Below, piece after piece: positions 22,185-35,719 of a stretch of 64,000 nucleotides of DNA; position 1 is the stretch's first letter; each line of letters starts with the position of its first letter. Where the stretch lies: assembly GCA_965644295.1 (NCBI GenBank), contig CBFFRP010000434.1:124001-188000 (forward strand), in the 5' to 3' direction. A program made the position numbers and the translations under genes. A model generated the notes under the pieces. The model worked only from the letters and a program-made list of their open reading frames with translations, ran no database searches and was not told where the DNA came from. The stretch is from Paraphysomonas bandaiensis (lineage: Eukaryota; Protista; Chrysophyceae).

Positions 22185-23407
22185 TCACTCTTCATCGTTG
22201 TCGTCGTCATCGTACGCACCCCCATCCTCCGTCTTACTGAGCAAGTCGTCTAAGAGAGTATCTTCGTCCTCATTATGCTCCTGGTGTTCCTCGTCAGCAT
22301 GCTCTTTCTCTTGCACACCATCAGCAGCAGACTTCTCTCCTTCGTCATCTTTGTTGGCAGCTTCAGATGCAAGTTCATCCAGTTCAACCTGTCGCAAGAG
22401 ATCTTCGAGATCAGGTACACGCTTGTTTCTGTCTATCGTGTCCTTGGCACTTTGGGAGTAGTCCGTCAGCAGATTGCCTGCAATAAAAAGTACATCGAAA
22501 CTATTATATAAGGAAGAAAATTAGTATCAAATAGTTATACCGGAGTATAAATCGTCCACAAACTCTTTTTGTGCCTGCATGAATCCGTCAAATTCAGTTG
22601 GCTGAGTGCTGGCCCATGCTACAAATGCAGCCAGCGCCACCACTAAGGCCAGTCTGTAGTACCCCTGCCCAGCAGTTCCCTTTTCAAAGGTGTAGACTGG
22701 TTTAAAAGAGTCTACAAAGCTCAAGGACTCATCGAATAATCGAGGGAAAACCCAGAATTCATATCCTAGAATCCACATGACCAGGAACAGTATGAATCGA
22801 ATGAATATGAAGGTGAAGGTGAATAGTAAGAAAGTTACTGAACAGTACCACAGGGCTTTCTTGGCAATCTGTGGCCACACTGGAAGAAGAGTGAAGATTA
22901 TAACAACAGCAATAACTGACGCGGTGGCGACGTTTGACCACACAGTATTTCCAGAAAACATCCAGGTGTAGTAGCCAGTTTCTTCAAACACTTTCTTCTT
23001 TGATATCTACATCCCGTAGGAATTAAATCAAACATAGTAAATGTCCTTCATCAATTACCACAAGGTGTCCCTTCTTATCTTCATCCTTCTCTGATCTATG
23101 AAAGAATCCGTTCTTAAGCAGCGTTGCCGCTAATGCGAGTGCAGCGCCCTTGTCTGTGATCCTCGGCAGCCCCTTCGGCCAATTCTGTCCCTCTAAAATG
23201 CACTCTATCAGTCGCTTCCCTATTCACACATATACACTATAAATACACCGCAATACTGATATCGACGACTTGACCTTTGAAGTACTCCACTCTCTTATCG
23301 TGCTGCGTCCCTGACCTCACCTTCACCCCATTAGAGGAGCGCAGGTATGTCCCCAGCTTCTTCTGACCTTCTTCAGTGTCATAAATCGGAGGGTAAGCCT
23401 GAGCCAT
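22185..23407 (-). CDS. SEC62: Translocation protein Sec62, multi-exon
   Basis: RVEYFK/GKRL N-terminal motif, YYTW, TM ending LLPVWP, second TM, FWVFPRLFDESLSFVDSFKP, acidic C-terminus. Confidence 0.88.
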
Positions 23408-23509
23408 ATCTCAACCGATATTTGGATGTGAGTGATGTGAAGTGGTCGCTATGCCAATGATAACCACAAGTCTATCCCAGCATATACATGTATAATAATT
23501 CCAGAATAA

Positions 23510-23798
23510 ATACATACATACATACATACATACATACATACATACATACATACATACATACATACATACATACATACATACATACATACATACATACATA
23601 CATACATACATACATACATACATACATACATACATACATACATACATACATACATACATACATACATACATACATACATACATACATACATACATACATA
23701 CATACATACATACATACATACATACATACATACATACATACATACATACATACATACATACATACATACATACATACATACATACATACATACATACA
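23510..23798. repeat. (TACA)n/(TATG)n microsatellite, ~290 bp
   Basis: Directly visible pure tetranucleotide array. Confidence 0.99.
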
Positions 23799-24040
23799 AA
23801 CTCTTCGTGGAATACTGGAATACATAATGTATACGTTAGTGGAGTACAAAATAAAAATGAAACTGTCGTTGGTGGGTGTTTGGGGTATGTATGCGTAGAG
23901 ACTGTTGGAGCATTGCAACTTATACATCTAGGCTCTGTGGGGACTATCACAGACATCAAGAACCATTACACCCTCAGCACTACTTTCTCTTGTGCCTCTT
24001 TGACCCATCTTTCTGGCTTGACGATTAGCAAGCGAGTGCG

Positions 24041-26582
24041 ATGAGACGAAGCTCTGCTTTTACAGCTGAAGGGCGGCTTAACTCCAAGTCACGTAGAATA
24101 CAGGAGTTCAGAAAGCAGATGAAGAAGTCGTCTTCTCCTTCTCCTGCCTCTTACACTTCAAATTCGACAAAGGAGGAGTTGTGCATGCAGTATGTTCAGT
24201 CTTTTATCGAACAGTTCGCAGTTGTTTATCCTGACCGGAAGATACCGTACATGATAGCCGAGAACGAATGTGGTGTCAAAAAATTTGTATGTTCTACGCT
24301 TAGACCAACACAGCTTCAATTTTCAGAGTTGTATGATATGTATGAGTGTGCAGTCTTTCTTGCCGGCTTTATGTTGTATGAACCACTGGATCCCCCAACC
24401 GAACCTCCTCGTGTCCTTCCATCTCCGTGTCAGGTATTGGACTGGCATGTCGGGGATAGCTTTGATATGGCTGTGCTACTTTGCTCGCTGCTCATTGGGA
24501 GTGGATATGACGCATACGTAGTGAATGGATATGCTCCCAAATACATCACATTGCACGACCAGACACAAACGCAATGCCCTTTAATATCTAAGTTATCAGA
24601 TAATTCAGTTAATAAAGCCAGCGGCCAAAACACAGGCAGTACAGAATTAGATGACGATAACCCGTACGTTCCTCCGAATAATGAAGTGCGGGACAGTACT
24701 TACCTGGAGATGCAGCGTGAAAAGAAGAGGATGGAAGGGTTAGATTCTTTCGTTCTGTGGTGCTCAGACACTAATGTGTTACCTGATCCCTCAGCAACGG
24801 ATGACAACATGAAGCGGTCTCATGCTTGGGTACTGGTGCGAGCTGGAATGCGGGATGTTGAGGAACATACTTTTCTTGAACCAACTACTGGTCGAGCATA
24901 TCCTGCTTCCAATTCTCCTTACCACGGCATAGAATCTGTTTGGAACAAAACAAACTACTGGGTTAATGTAAACCTCACCACTTCTCCCTCTGACGTAAGT
25001 TTATACAGTAATAGATGTTGTGTTCCTTTAAGCTAACCGTAGTATGTAGCTTGAGTATGCATTCAATGACTCGTCCAAGTGGGAACATTTGTTCCTCGGT
25101 TCGGGTCCAATGGGGAGAGACGAGTCCGGCAGCAAGAATCAAGGCTCGGGGGATGACCTCCTTATGGGTCAAGGCGCAGATGATGTCAGGAATGATTCTC
25201 CGGAGCGTAAAGACTCTGACACAATAGAAAGACAGTTGGATCCACCTCCGTCCTGGTGCAAGGATATTTCAATTGATCGTTCTCGTTACCTTTTGCGATA
25301 TCCCCCACTGGGCCGTCGGACTGTACAATATCACAAGGCAAAAGTAGACTACTTCGCCAAAAATAAGCACCCCCAGGCAATGGTTATGCGGGTTATAACT
25401 TATTTGGATTCTTCCCGTGTCACTGTCAGTGAAATACATGAGTGGTTTGAGAATCGAAGAGACAAAATGTACAAGCGAGTACGGTACTTTTTGGAGGGCA
25501 GGTTTGTGGAGGAGTTCTTCCCTGGTAGTGTAGGAGAAGTTCGCAGATGGGAGGAACACCCTGGCAAACGCAGAGACATTGACTTTTATGTGAGTGGGCG
25601 ACTGGACCGCATGTGCCGCCGAGAGGAGATAATTGGAGAGCGGATATCTGAATATTTTGAGGGTCGAACAGATTTTCTCACGTTCCGGTCAATGTTAGTT
25701 ACTCAGAGTCGAGAAAAGGCCGGATCAAAAACCTCTTATACTCTTCCATCTGGGGGACTCAATAATGACCTGTACGTGTTACGGATCAATCAGTCTTTTG
25801 ATCGCAATCCTGCTGCCACATCTGGTACGGATATAGCGCACCGAACCTTTCACCTGACGGAGGCTAAAGTCGTGACCCAATACCATTTTGCGAAGGGGAA
25901 AATTACTCAGAAGGTTAAGGTCCACAGTCATGCGAAGAGTGGGGGAATTTTGGCAGGAGCAGGTGAGGAGCTCTCTGCAGAAGACTTGGAAGGCATTCAA
26001 GAGGCAGCGCTAATAGAGAGAGAGTGTTTCGCTGCTGTGAAGCTGAGCTACGTCCAGATAATGAACATAATTAAGATCAGATCTGAATTTGAGTCTGGTG
26101 TTGTCATTGAGAAAACTGTCTTCGAGAATGCCCTTGAACGTGCAGAGAAAGGTGCTACCGGTGCTGTGGGTGTGGAAGAAGACAATCAGAGCGATGCTAA
26201 AGGAGTGGATTATCTCACACCTTTTCTGCGCAACATTAAGGACCTATCCAAGATCACCAAGGAGGAGGCTCTGGAAGTACGACAGGCGTGTTTGGATGCT
26301 CTCAAGGCGCGTCTAGTGGAACGAGCAAATATCATTCAGTCTCGTCTTAACGAGGAAAATGCAAAGCTAGCACGGAAACAGGAGCAGTTTCAGCGGTCGC
26401 AGAGGGAGGGTGATCTGTCAACGGAGGAATACGAGAAGTATTGCACAGAAGCCATGTTCCGAATTCAGATTCTCGAGCAGCGTCTTGTCGCCCACGAGGA
26501 ATCCGCTATACAGAAGTTCGGTAATTTGGACAGCAAACTGTCTACAGAACCACGCCTGGCAGTGCTCATGCGAAAAGATTAA
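24041..26582 (+). CDS. DRC7: Dynein regulatory complex subunit 7 (CCDC135), 2 exons
   Basis: NECGVKKFVCSTLRPT, transglutaminase-like GDSFDMAVLLCSLLIGSGYDAYVVNGYA, HAWVLV, FLEPTTG, GIESVWN, DYLTPFL, RIQILEQRL; intron 24995-25049. Confidence 0.9.
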
Positions 26583-26799
26583 TTGTTTCAGAATTCTTAT
26601 TCGTGTCGTCTTGTAAAGCTATTATATGCTACGTTGTACTTCTAGCAGTATGTGAAAATAACTAATCACCAAGCTATACATAGTGTTATCGATTTTAGCT
26701 GCTGTAAATACTGTAGTCGTATAGCAATATTATTAAGTTTAGTTGCAACATCTGTGATGCAATACGTCATACGTTATATTATAAAATATATATACAACA

Positions 26800-29260
26800 T
26801 TATTGAAGGCGACCGGAATGGCGCGTTGTTACGCCTCCGCTTTACACGTAGTAAGCGTAGAACCCGCGGCTTCCGCTGGGTGTTGCTCGATTTAAATCGT
26901 GTGTTGCCGCATGTCGAGCTGGGAAATAACTGCGGACTCCGCCATGCTCTGCTTTGTATGTTGCTCCGTATGTAATTAGGAGTTTCTGAAGAAGTTTCTT
27001 GTGTCTCTGAAAGGCGGACTCTCGCATCTCAGAGATGGAGGCGTGTGGACAATCACGACACTTATGTTTGAGAGAGTCAAGTCGAAAGCCACAATCAGAG
27101 CATCTGGCTTTGTCCAGGTCAAGTCCGAATTTTGTTTTGCCCTATTCCTGTCATTGCTGTAAGATATGCCATGTCAGGGCTGTATTGAGTATGCGTTGTC
27201 TTAGTTGTGAATTCTCCACTGTACTCCACTCTTCCGTGCCAATCTGGACTGATTGTCAGGCGGTACAGACGCGGACCAAAGAGGCCCTCTCACACAGACG
27301 GCGCGCCCTCGGAACAAAGCCCCAGGGAATATTTTACGAATGCCTCGCCACAGCTCTTAAACAGCGCCCAATAAAATGGACGCGCTCGCACCCCGAACGT
27401 AGAACACAAGATCAAAGCAACTGGACCTACAACGGCATTTATATAGCTGACGCCGCCGCCAGCGGCGATTGGAAGACACTAGACAGAGTGCTCGGAGCCT
27501 CCAACTACAGTGTTGTCACAACTGACGCTACGCACATACTGGATGAATTCTTCACCACGGGTCAATGGCACTGGCGAAGATACGATACACACCTCCTCAC
27601 AGACCTCGGTCCCATGCTAGGAGACGTCACAGATCTCCACCACCAGTGGGACCTCCATCAATACACCCTCCGACGAGATAGCATGTATGCTGCACAAACG
27701 CAGCGAGACCCGCAGTATTGGACACGCAGCGGAACAAGGCTCCCACACAAGCTCCACCCCCTCCGTACCCATAACTCCTCCAAACACTACATCTCCCTCT
27801 CGCAGAGCGTATACGCGAGACGGCATACGTATGGGACAAATCCTTCGCAATGGGAAGAAACCGAGCCAAAGGAAAATCCGGACATGATCGCACAACGGCT
27901 TCCACATGCACAGATTGTGCACACCCCACAGACAACATGGCGCACATGCTTCTCACCTGCACTCATCCTGACATCATTCATATACGTGAAGATGTCCACC
28001 AAGCACACCACAATAAGCTTGACAAACTTCGCACACGCACGCTCCCCCATCCCTGGTTTTACACCGCCATAACCAAACTAGCCAAAGCCGCATGGAACCC
28101 AACCACCCCCCAGGTTGAGCGCTTACTAGACCGGCCACATTACTGCCACACAATTGGCCGACGCATTATTCGGACGCCACATATCCAGCTCACTGCTCGA
28201 ACATCAATTCCACGCCCTAGAAAAATCCATCGCCTCTATCCTACTCCCCCTATATGATGGAGGGCTCCGCATGCTTCGCAATAGGGGATTCAGACACCAC
28301 AACGCAGACACGGCACCGGCGACACCGGTCACGACACATTCACAGCAACGCCAGTCCCAGGATACTCATCCGACACCAAAAATACTCCAACTACTCCAGG
28401 CAACATCCACTCCAAGAACTACACTCTCTGCAAGAGTCCAGACCCGACAGAGGCAAGCGCAACCACTCCGGAAACAACTCCTCTTTACTTGTGGCCGAAA
28501 CCCCACCTCAACAACCAGCACCATCTCCACCACCGACTTACACTCTCATATACATCTCGCCTCATCCACCCCTCACATAATCCATGGCACAGGCCCGCCA
28601 GACACATTGCCCAAAGGTAGACCCCCGACTAACCTCAATACAAGGGACGGTTGCACCATGGTGCTCGCAGCGATGCACAAGCAGTCCCGAGACGGTTGCC
28701 CGCCACTAGTAGTATTTAGCAAATCTAGTTATTACTGTAGTTAGTCTATAGATATAAACTAGTTTCTGTACACAACCGTTCTCATGTAATAATCAGACTT
28801 TCCTATATGTCTTAGTCTTAGTTGTGAACTGTTCTTGATCTTAGATCTGCCGCAGGCAGCCCAGCCATGTCCAGTTTGTGCGGAAGTAAGGCACCGCTAC
28901 CTTTCCAGTACCCAGGCGCACAATCCAGATTATGACCGAAGAGTTGATCACGGAGCGCAGGTAATTCTCTAAAATCTATTGATTGCGAAGAGATTGGAAA
29001 TAAGTGATCATGGGGTGTGTAAGATACGACCGGCGTGTTCCGGACAGACGCCAGTGCCATATTCTGGACGTAAGTATACGTTCCATGACTCTGGCAACAT
29101 CAATTTTACAGAAAGTGTAATTGTTTCGGCCTAGCATATGGTCAACCTCCAATCATTCATCCCCTGCAACCCCGTCTGCTATGTAGATTACTTTGTCTTC
29201 ATACGTTCATTGAGATTCATCAGTAGTGCGACGCTTAGGGTGTGAGCTCCCGGAGAAATA
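26800..29260 (-). mobile_element. Decayed family-1-like LINE fragment (RNase H to zinc knuckle), interrupted by a family-2 LINE
   Basis: Minus-strand SHPKRRTTDE..EDKVIYIADGVAG (~29170-29245), APGYWKGSG, CSDCGFRLDSLKH (~27060-27105); stops and frameshifts; edges approximate. Confidence 0.75.
27212..28814 (+). mobile_element. 5'-truncated LINE, family 2 (RNase H part, CCHC, tail)
   Basis: WTDCQAV, WTRSHPE, CTDC..HMLLTC, KGRPP; highly similar to 48282-50132; 14-bp TSD GTCTTAGTTGTGAA (27198-27211, 28815-28828). Confidence 0.88.
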
Positions 29261-29299
29261 TCACCAGTACCTATACCCTAGAACACCACGAAAAAGTGC

Positions 29300-29495
29300 G
29301 AGTCCAACATTGTTGAGAGTGGTTGCACCTTGGTACTCGCAGTGACGCACAAGCAACATTCGTAGCGCTAAATAGTAGGATATCGAGATAAGCACTAGTT
29401 TGTTAAATTGTTTTGCTACATTAGTTTTGACTCTTAGACGCCTATTGCTAATAATCAGACACCCACTACTAATAACTAATAAGACATTCACTAAC
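29300..29495 (+). mobile_element. Isolated LINE/SINE 3' tail
   Basis: ggttgcaccttggtactcgcagtgacgcacaagc...aaatagtagg...acgcctattgctaataatcagac, with a duplicated terminal taataagacattcact. Confidence 0.75.
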
Positions 29496-29795
29496 TATAT
29501 TATTCAATAACCAAAAATTATACTTGTGTACACAATTAATACGGAAACGATGAGATATGTTACGAACACGTTTCCCGAAAAGCAGCAATTATATGTAGCA
29601 TCTACTTTAATAGTCACTATCTTTATCTTGCGATACAATTCCCAAGTGCTGTTCATGTAGAAATTATACCGGTATGAATTGTACATAATCACTAGTCCAT
29701 AGTTTAGAAGTTCCAAATTTTCGTAGACTGCGTACAATATAGCCAAAACTATTTATTACACATGCACAACGCACTACATAAACACAATGTTATTT

Positions 29796-31490
29796 TCACT
29801 GATCCCAAGACATTGCGGAAACATCATCGTCTGGTGGTGGAGAATCCACAGACACTTGTCTTCGGGGAAGAATAGATGCCCCAAGAACGCTTGATTTTCT
29901 GGTGATCGCCGATCTCTGTGTACCGACTTCCTCCCCGTCCTCATCGTCCTCATCCCCCTCGCTTTCCTCAGAATTCCGGCGACTGCTCTTATCGCTATCG
30001 CTATCGCTATCGCTACCATCACCACCTCTCTTTTTCGTGACCTCTTCGGATTCATTCTGTTTCCCTTCTCCGTCGACGGTCTCCATAGACTCTTGCTGCT
30101 TTAGACTAATCTGTCGTTGCACAAGCCATTCTGGGCGAGGTATATTCTCATCCCAGTTATCATGCGCGGTCTCTCGCATCTTTGCCTCTGGCCAAGTGTA
30201 AAGAGGTCGGGGATCCAGTACCACCAAAATCTGACGATATATATAGTATGGTCCATATCGGGCCACCTTAAGTTCGTCATCACGATCTTTGACATAGAAT
30301 ATCTGAGTACCAACAATTAGACCAAACAATGGCTTAGTGTTTTCAATTACCTCCATGATTTTTCTCGGGGAATCGTCATCAAGCTGCGCAGGGGTAAGGA
30401 AATATATATATATATATAAAGACATGTTAGCACTCACCGTAATAGTACTGGTGCAGGTCAGGAGATACATGCACATATTCGGGGGGCTTTCGTCAATATC
30501 AACTCGCAGCACGCGATGGCGCACACGCAGTTTCGAGTACTTGGCCTACTCATAAGCGAAGACAATCAGAGAAAAACAATCGACTAATTAGTCAAGTTAC
30601 CACTAATGCTTTAGCAATACGTCTTCGTCCGACAATATCCGGAATACCCGTAAATTGTGCGGAAGAGTCTGTCTCGTAATATCTAGCAATATGCCTCGTA
30701 CTCGTTGCCTCATTATCAAGAGTGAAGTAGTAGTCCGCCATGAGGTTTGCTGCCACCTCTGATGGATCTTTGAAGAAAAACTCCTTGGTCTGCTCATAAT
30801 GAATCTGAAGTAGTTCCCTAAACCGAGTAACCTCTTCTTTCATGTCCTCTGCAAAAGAGAGTCAAGAGTATAACACTCACTCCAATACACACCGGAATAC
30901 ACGCCACCCACCAACCCATTTTTTAGCTTGTCATATAGACCTTCCATTTCCTCTATCACTGCTTCTAGCTCTTCTGCCGATATCCTTTTTATAGCCACTG
31001 CTGGGAGCACTGTCTCACTGAAATCCTCCTCCATAGCGGATGTGTCACCTACAGTGTCAGCTCCCCCTTTAGTTCCATCTCCAATTGCACTCTCCACACC
31101 ACCACCAGAACCTAAAGTGCTATCCACAGTCGCGGTATCTTGGTATGATGTTTCATTGTCTCCTTCACTCGCTGATATGAGAGTCTCGCCGTCCGCATCA
31201 TCAGGAGGGCTCTTCTTATTCTCATCGGCAGATTCCTCCCTGTAACCCTCAATATAACTCTGAGCATGCTCGTAGAGAGCCAGTTTGAACTCAGCAACAG
31301 TGACCCTGCGGTACAAAGGTGAGGTTCATGGGCACACAGCACAGCTGCCTCACCAGTCGTTACCCTTCGAATAACTGTTAAACTGATCTTCATCAAAGTG
31401 ATCCTCTCCCAATATATCCCTAACCTCCTCCCTGCTCAGATGAAGCTCATCATTCTCAGGTGGTTGCCACGACGATACTGCAGCACCCAT
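29796..31490 (-). CDS. Uncharacterised protein, probable N-myristoylation (MGAAVS), EF-hand-like N-terminus, acidic tail; multi-exon
   Basis: Colinear minus-strand ORFs separated by GT-AG introns; no family recognised. Confidence 0.55.
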
Positions 31491-31564
31491 CCTGCTAAAC
31501 CTCGATACCTTCCCACACTGTGGAACGGCCCACACTATCAACACACAGCAGAAGTACACAACTG

Positions 31565-31832
31565 TACATACATACATACATACATACATACATACATACA
31601 TACATACATACATACATACATACATACATACATACATACATACATACATACATACATACATACATACATACATACATACATACATACATACATACATACA
31701 TACATACGTACATACATACATACATACATACATACATACATACATACATACATACATACATACATACATACATACATACATACATACGTACATACATACA
31801 TACATACATACATACATACATACATACATACA
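31565..31832. repeat. (TACA)n microsatellite, ~270 bp, two TACG variants
   Basis: Directly visible. Confidence 0.99.
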
Positions 31833-32004
31833 TTCCTACTACATACTACAGGTGGACACTGTATCAAACTGTCCATGTATCAATTTTAGTGCTTAGATTC
31901 CGTTTTTTACTACTTCGTATCTCAAGTGGATGTTGTGAACTCGGTTGTCAACTCGCTTCCTTTATTCAACACTTCCCCTTTGGGGTGGTAAGTGCGAGTG
32001 TAAC

Positions 32005-33006
32005 ATGTGGTGGCTCGTGATAATCTCCTGTTTGTCTTCTGCGGTTGTCTCTGGTTTACATCACTCACTGCGGTATGGGACAATATCTAGTGAGTGTCGA
32101 AGCTACTTCACTAGTACCGATCATCTTACTCAACTTGTCTACGACGCTGCCCGTGAAATCGATAAAGAACCACCGCTGTCATCGTCTCTTAGTTCTTTTC
32201 TATCATATTTCTATCATAACTACAACGGGTATTGGTTGTTCGATATCGCGAACAGCTCTGTCATATACACACAAGTTCATAAATGCAATTCCGATAACAT
32301 TATTTATTATCTTTACAATGCTGAAGTTGCTGATCGTATGTTTTCATATTGCAACCATTCCTGCATCAAGAAGACACACAAGTATCACAGTTTAGTCAAG
32401 TTACGCGAAACACTACGTCAGAGAAATATAAATGTTGCTGATGTGAAATCTTTTACATTTGTTCGAAATCCATTTAGTCGTTTTATATCTGGTGTTATCG
32501 AATCTCACTATCGGTCCACTGAGCTCAATTTGATACGGTTCGCTCAGACTGAGGAGGAAATGCAACGTGTTTACAGAGTAGTTAATTCCACCACCAATAT
32601 TTCGGCAATTTTAGAAGAGTTAGTATACAACCTGTCTCATGGAAATATTCAATTTGTGCTTTCCAGTTTCAGAGATCCTGAACACTTCGTCTCAATGAGT
32701 TACATGTTCACACTTTGGAAGCAAAGTTATATTGGTTTTGTTGACAGCTTTGAGGTCGATTGGACTGAAATGCAGAAAGCATTGGAGCTAAGTATTCGAT
32801 ACGATAACGTTCATCGGCACACGACTTCTATAGATCCCTTTAAAATTAAGCCGGCGTTTTCAGATTTATTCGAGTCTCGGCCAGAGTATATGCGTGCGAT
32901 CTGCAGACTATTAGCCGTAGATTTTGTTTGCCTGCAGGTTCAAATGCCGCGTCAATGCACAGGTATTCTAGATTATACATCTTGGAAATATATACCATAT
33001 TTGTAG
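32005..33006 (+). CDS. Sulfotransferase family 2 (carbohydrate sulfotransferase-like), secreted/Golgi
   Basis: Signal peptide MWWLVIISCL; PAPS-binding-like YTQVHKCNSD and FTFVRNPFSRFISG; PEHF; intronless. Confidence 0.7.
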   Translation: MWWLVIISCLSSAVVSGLHHSLRYGTISSECRSYFTSTDHLTQLVYDAAREIDKEPPLSSSLSSFLSYFYHNYNGYWLFDIANSSVIYTQVHKCNSDNIIYYLYNAEVADRMFSYCNHSCIKKTHKYHSLVKLRETLRQRNINVADVKSFTFVRNPFSRFISGVIESHYRSTELNLIRFAQTEEEMQRVYRVVNSTTNISAILEELVYNLSHGNIQFVLSSFRDPEHFVSMSYMFTLWKQSYIGFVDSFEVDWTEMQKALELSIRYDNVHRHTTSIDPFKIKPAFSDLFESRPEYMRAICRLLAVDFVCLQVQMPRQCTGILDYTSWKYIPYL

Positions 33007-33539
33007 GTGTCTGGTGGTTATTAAATTCAGTACATTCACCTCTTTAAACTGCCACTTTTCGAAAAATAATGTGAATTTATGTTATTATTTTTGAGAACTC
33101 GATTAATATTCATAAAGGATCAGCGAAAATATATTTCTTTGTCATATGGCGTTCCGTTAAGTATATTTCTGCACACCACTCTATCTATGATTAAGTTTTC
33201 CGGCTGACTAGTATCTCAGAGAATGAAGTTTAGATCCAATGTACCAAATCTTAGAGCAGTCATCGTTTCGTAGTAAACATCTGTGTCTTGTGAATTGCAT
33301 CTATTGTTGACAATTTTAACACTTGCGTGGTGTAGGATATACTATATACCAATCCTAGTTTAAGTTTAAAAGAAGCAGTTCTCATCTATGATATTGGTAC
33401 TTTTTGACCAAGTGTTATATATCTAAAACTGAAGGCTGCATTATTTCGTGAACCACAGCACGTCGCACTATTCTCATGGCAATCACCGCCCTTGTAGACG
33501 ATCTAAAAAAGTTTGAAAACGTTTCGAAGCTGCTTCAAA

Positions 33540-33960
33540 CAGGAGACTTGGAATATATTTGTTTATCTGCACGTAGTCCCCGCAGATACGTATGAAAGGT
33601 TTAGTCGCCTTCGGGGCTATAACAAGACAAGAGGCCCATGGAGACCTACTGGGAACATAAATATACCCACAGAGTCTCTTGAACTCCTTCTCCGCATCTT
33701 CGTACAATCTCGGATTAACCGGCCTTGCTTTCGGCTTGATCCTAGGAGGTAAACTTTCGTCGAACTTGATATTGAGCGGGTCAACTCCCTTAATGCCGTC
33801 CCACCTCTCTGGAACAAAAACCTTCACTCCCTCTGTCTTCAATAACTCCAGCACCGGCTGTGACTCTCGAAACTCCGCTGAGACATGCTCTTCAAACATA
33901 CTCTCGAACGCCACAATGGCTTGTCGAGGGACTTCGGGACTCGGTATTCCGTATTTGCTT
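33540..33960 (-). mobile_element. Ty3/gypsy reverse-transcriptase fragment
   Basis: PKARPVNPRL..EFKRL...SRSPWASCLVIAPKATKPFIRICGDYVQINK (SPW-S / R-C-DY-LN motifs); truncated, no LTRs. Confidence 0.85.
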
Positions 33961-33978
33961 TGAAGAAAATCAGTTTCG

Positions 33979-34450
33979 TTGCTAATGATACGAATTACAA
34001 ATATTCAAGCATGCAAAATATTTGAGTTGACAAGATCTGAGAAAGATGCTGTTAGAATGGTAGAATATATCTCCGTTCTGACAGTGATTTCAACTTTTGA
34101 TAAAACAGAGGATGATGAAGCTGATGTCGGCTATGCGGAAAAATTTCTTCAGTCAGCTCATAAACTTAAGAAGCGAAAAGTTAGAACATCTAAGTGTATG
34201 TGCACGAGTAATGTAGTATGTAATTTCAGTTCATGTGAACGCCTATTCAGTTCAGCTAAACTTATGCTATCAGCGTTTCGCAAACGTATGCATCCTACTA
34301 CACTTTATAAGCCGTTGTTTCTGAAAGCTAATCGACATTTGTGGCCTGAAGCAAGCATATTTCAATTAATTTGAATGAATATGGTGATGTTGGCGTCACC
34401 GATGATCACTCAGGGGATGAGTATGAGAAAAATAGTTACTAGCTAAGCAG
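33979..34450 (+). mobile_element. Degenerate DNA-transposase C-terminus (hAT dimerisation-like)
   Basis: SSCERLFSSAKLMLSAFRKRMHP...LFLKANRHLW. A more decayed similar stretch may lie at ~61700-61900 (gatgagtatgag..aaa..tagctaag shared). Confidence 0.65.
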
Positions 34451-35123
34451 TAGTGGGTTTGATTATCATGTGATCTTAATGACTAGTACTGAAAATGGAT
34501 TCTACGGAGGGTTTAATTACTGGGCCGATTGAAAAACTCCATCAATACTATTGACGGGATGCTATCGAAGAATAGCATTGCAATATAGTGTTCCCTATCC
34601 CTGTTCTTATCTCACAATACATAACTTGTTCTCTCATGGTGCGATATAATTCCACTCTTGAATGCAATGTATAAATGCATTCTAAGACAAGATCCAGGAG
34701 ATAAACTCGGAATAAATTCACATTAACAACCACGCTCTATTCATCAATGAATCTCCTGAAGAACGAAGAAGATACCAGCCTTCACCACATGATGAATGTG
34801 CAAACAAGAAATATGAAACCTAGAAACCTACTAACTAACCGGATAATGTTACCAGAAGGCTTCGCTGCCTTCTTACGTTGATGAATACAGCTTAACAGTC
34901 CTACACTCACGAGTTTCGTGTACAATAGAGACACCTGTCGATGTGTACGTAAAACAACGAAGGGTTGCTGGCAGTCCTGCGGGATATATATACAGTAGCT
35001 CTATGTCATGTATGGAGTGTGACACTGAAAGATCCTACACAAGGCAGGTCCCTTGGATGACATGTACAATATAATAATCTTTATTTATATATTCTAAATT
35101 TCGTAGTTCAGACATGAGGTCGT

Positions 35124-35196
35124 GGCGCTATAGTGTAGTTGGTTATCACTCAGGGTTCTGATTCCTGCGACCTGGGTTCGAATCCCAGTAGTGCCT
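35124..35196 (+). tRNA. tRNA-Gln(CTG)
   Basis: Acceptor GGCGCTA/TAGTGCC, A box TAGTGTAGTTGG, anticodon arm CAGGG-TTCTGAT-TCCTG, T arm CTGGG-TTCGAAT-CCCAG, followed by a T-run. Confidence 0.95.
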
Positions 35197-35447
35197 TCAT
35201 TTTTGTTGTGCTATTTTTGTGTATATACATTGTTTGTCAACAGTATAAAAGTAGTATAAAATTTTTTTTAATACACTTTTGGTCTGACTTCAGGACATTT
35301 CTAGGTGTATTTTTCGAGAGTGTGTGGTAGGGTAATGTCCAGGCTACGAATGTATGTACACAAAAATAGCACAACCGACACAGCTACGTCCACTTAGAAG
35401 ATACGTCCACTCATAATATGTACACAAAAATAGCACAACAAAAATGA

Positions 35448-35520
35448 AGGCACTACTGGGATTCGAACCCAGGTCGCAGGAATCAGAACCCTGAGTGATA
35501 ACCAACTACACTATAGCGCC
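35448..35520 (-). tRNA. tRNA-Gln(CTG), identical inverted copy
   Basis: Exact reverse complement of 35124-35196. Confidence 0.95.
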
Positions 35521-35719
35521 ACGACCTCATGTCTGAACTACGAAATTTAGAATATATAAATAAAGATTATTATATTGTACATGTCATCCAAGGGACCTGC
35601 CTTGTGTAGGGTCTTTCAGTGTCACACTCCATACATAACATAGAGCTACTGCATATATATCCCGCAGGACTGAGTGTAGGACTGTTAAGTCTGGTGGTGC
35701 TCTGCGCCGCGAATTGACA

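Larger units (their letters stand above)
34972..35672. repeat. Near-perfect inverted repeat (arms ~250 bp: ~34972-35224 and ~35419-35672), each arm holding a tRNA-Gln
   Basis: Arms are reverse complements with few substitutions; an extra match links 34891-34909 to 35671-35689. Confidence 0.92.

Noticed and set aside
35124-35520. tRNA-Gln as a stop-codon suppressor or sign of code reassignment
   Set aside because: Anticodon is ordinary CTG, and TAA/TAG/TGA all terminate conserved genes here.
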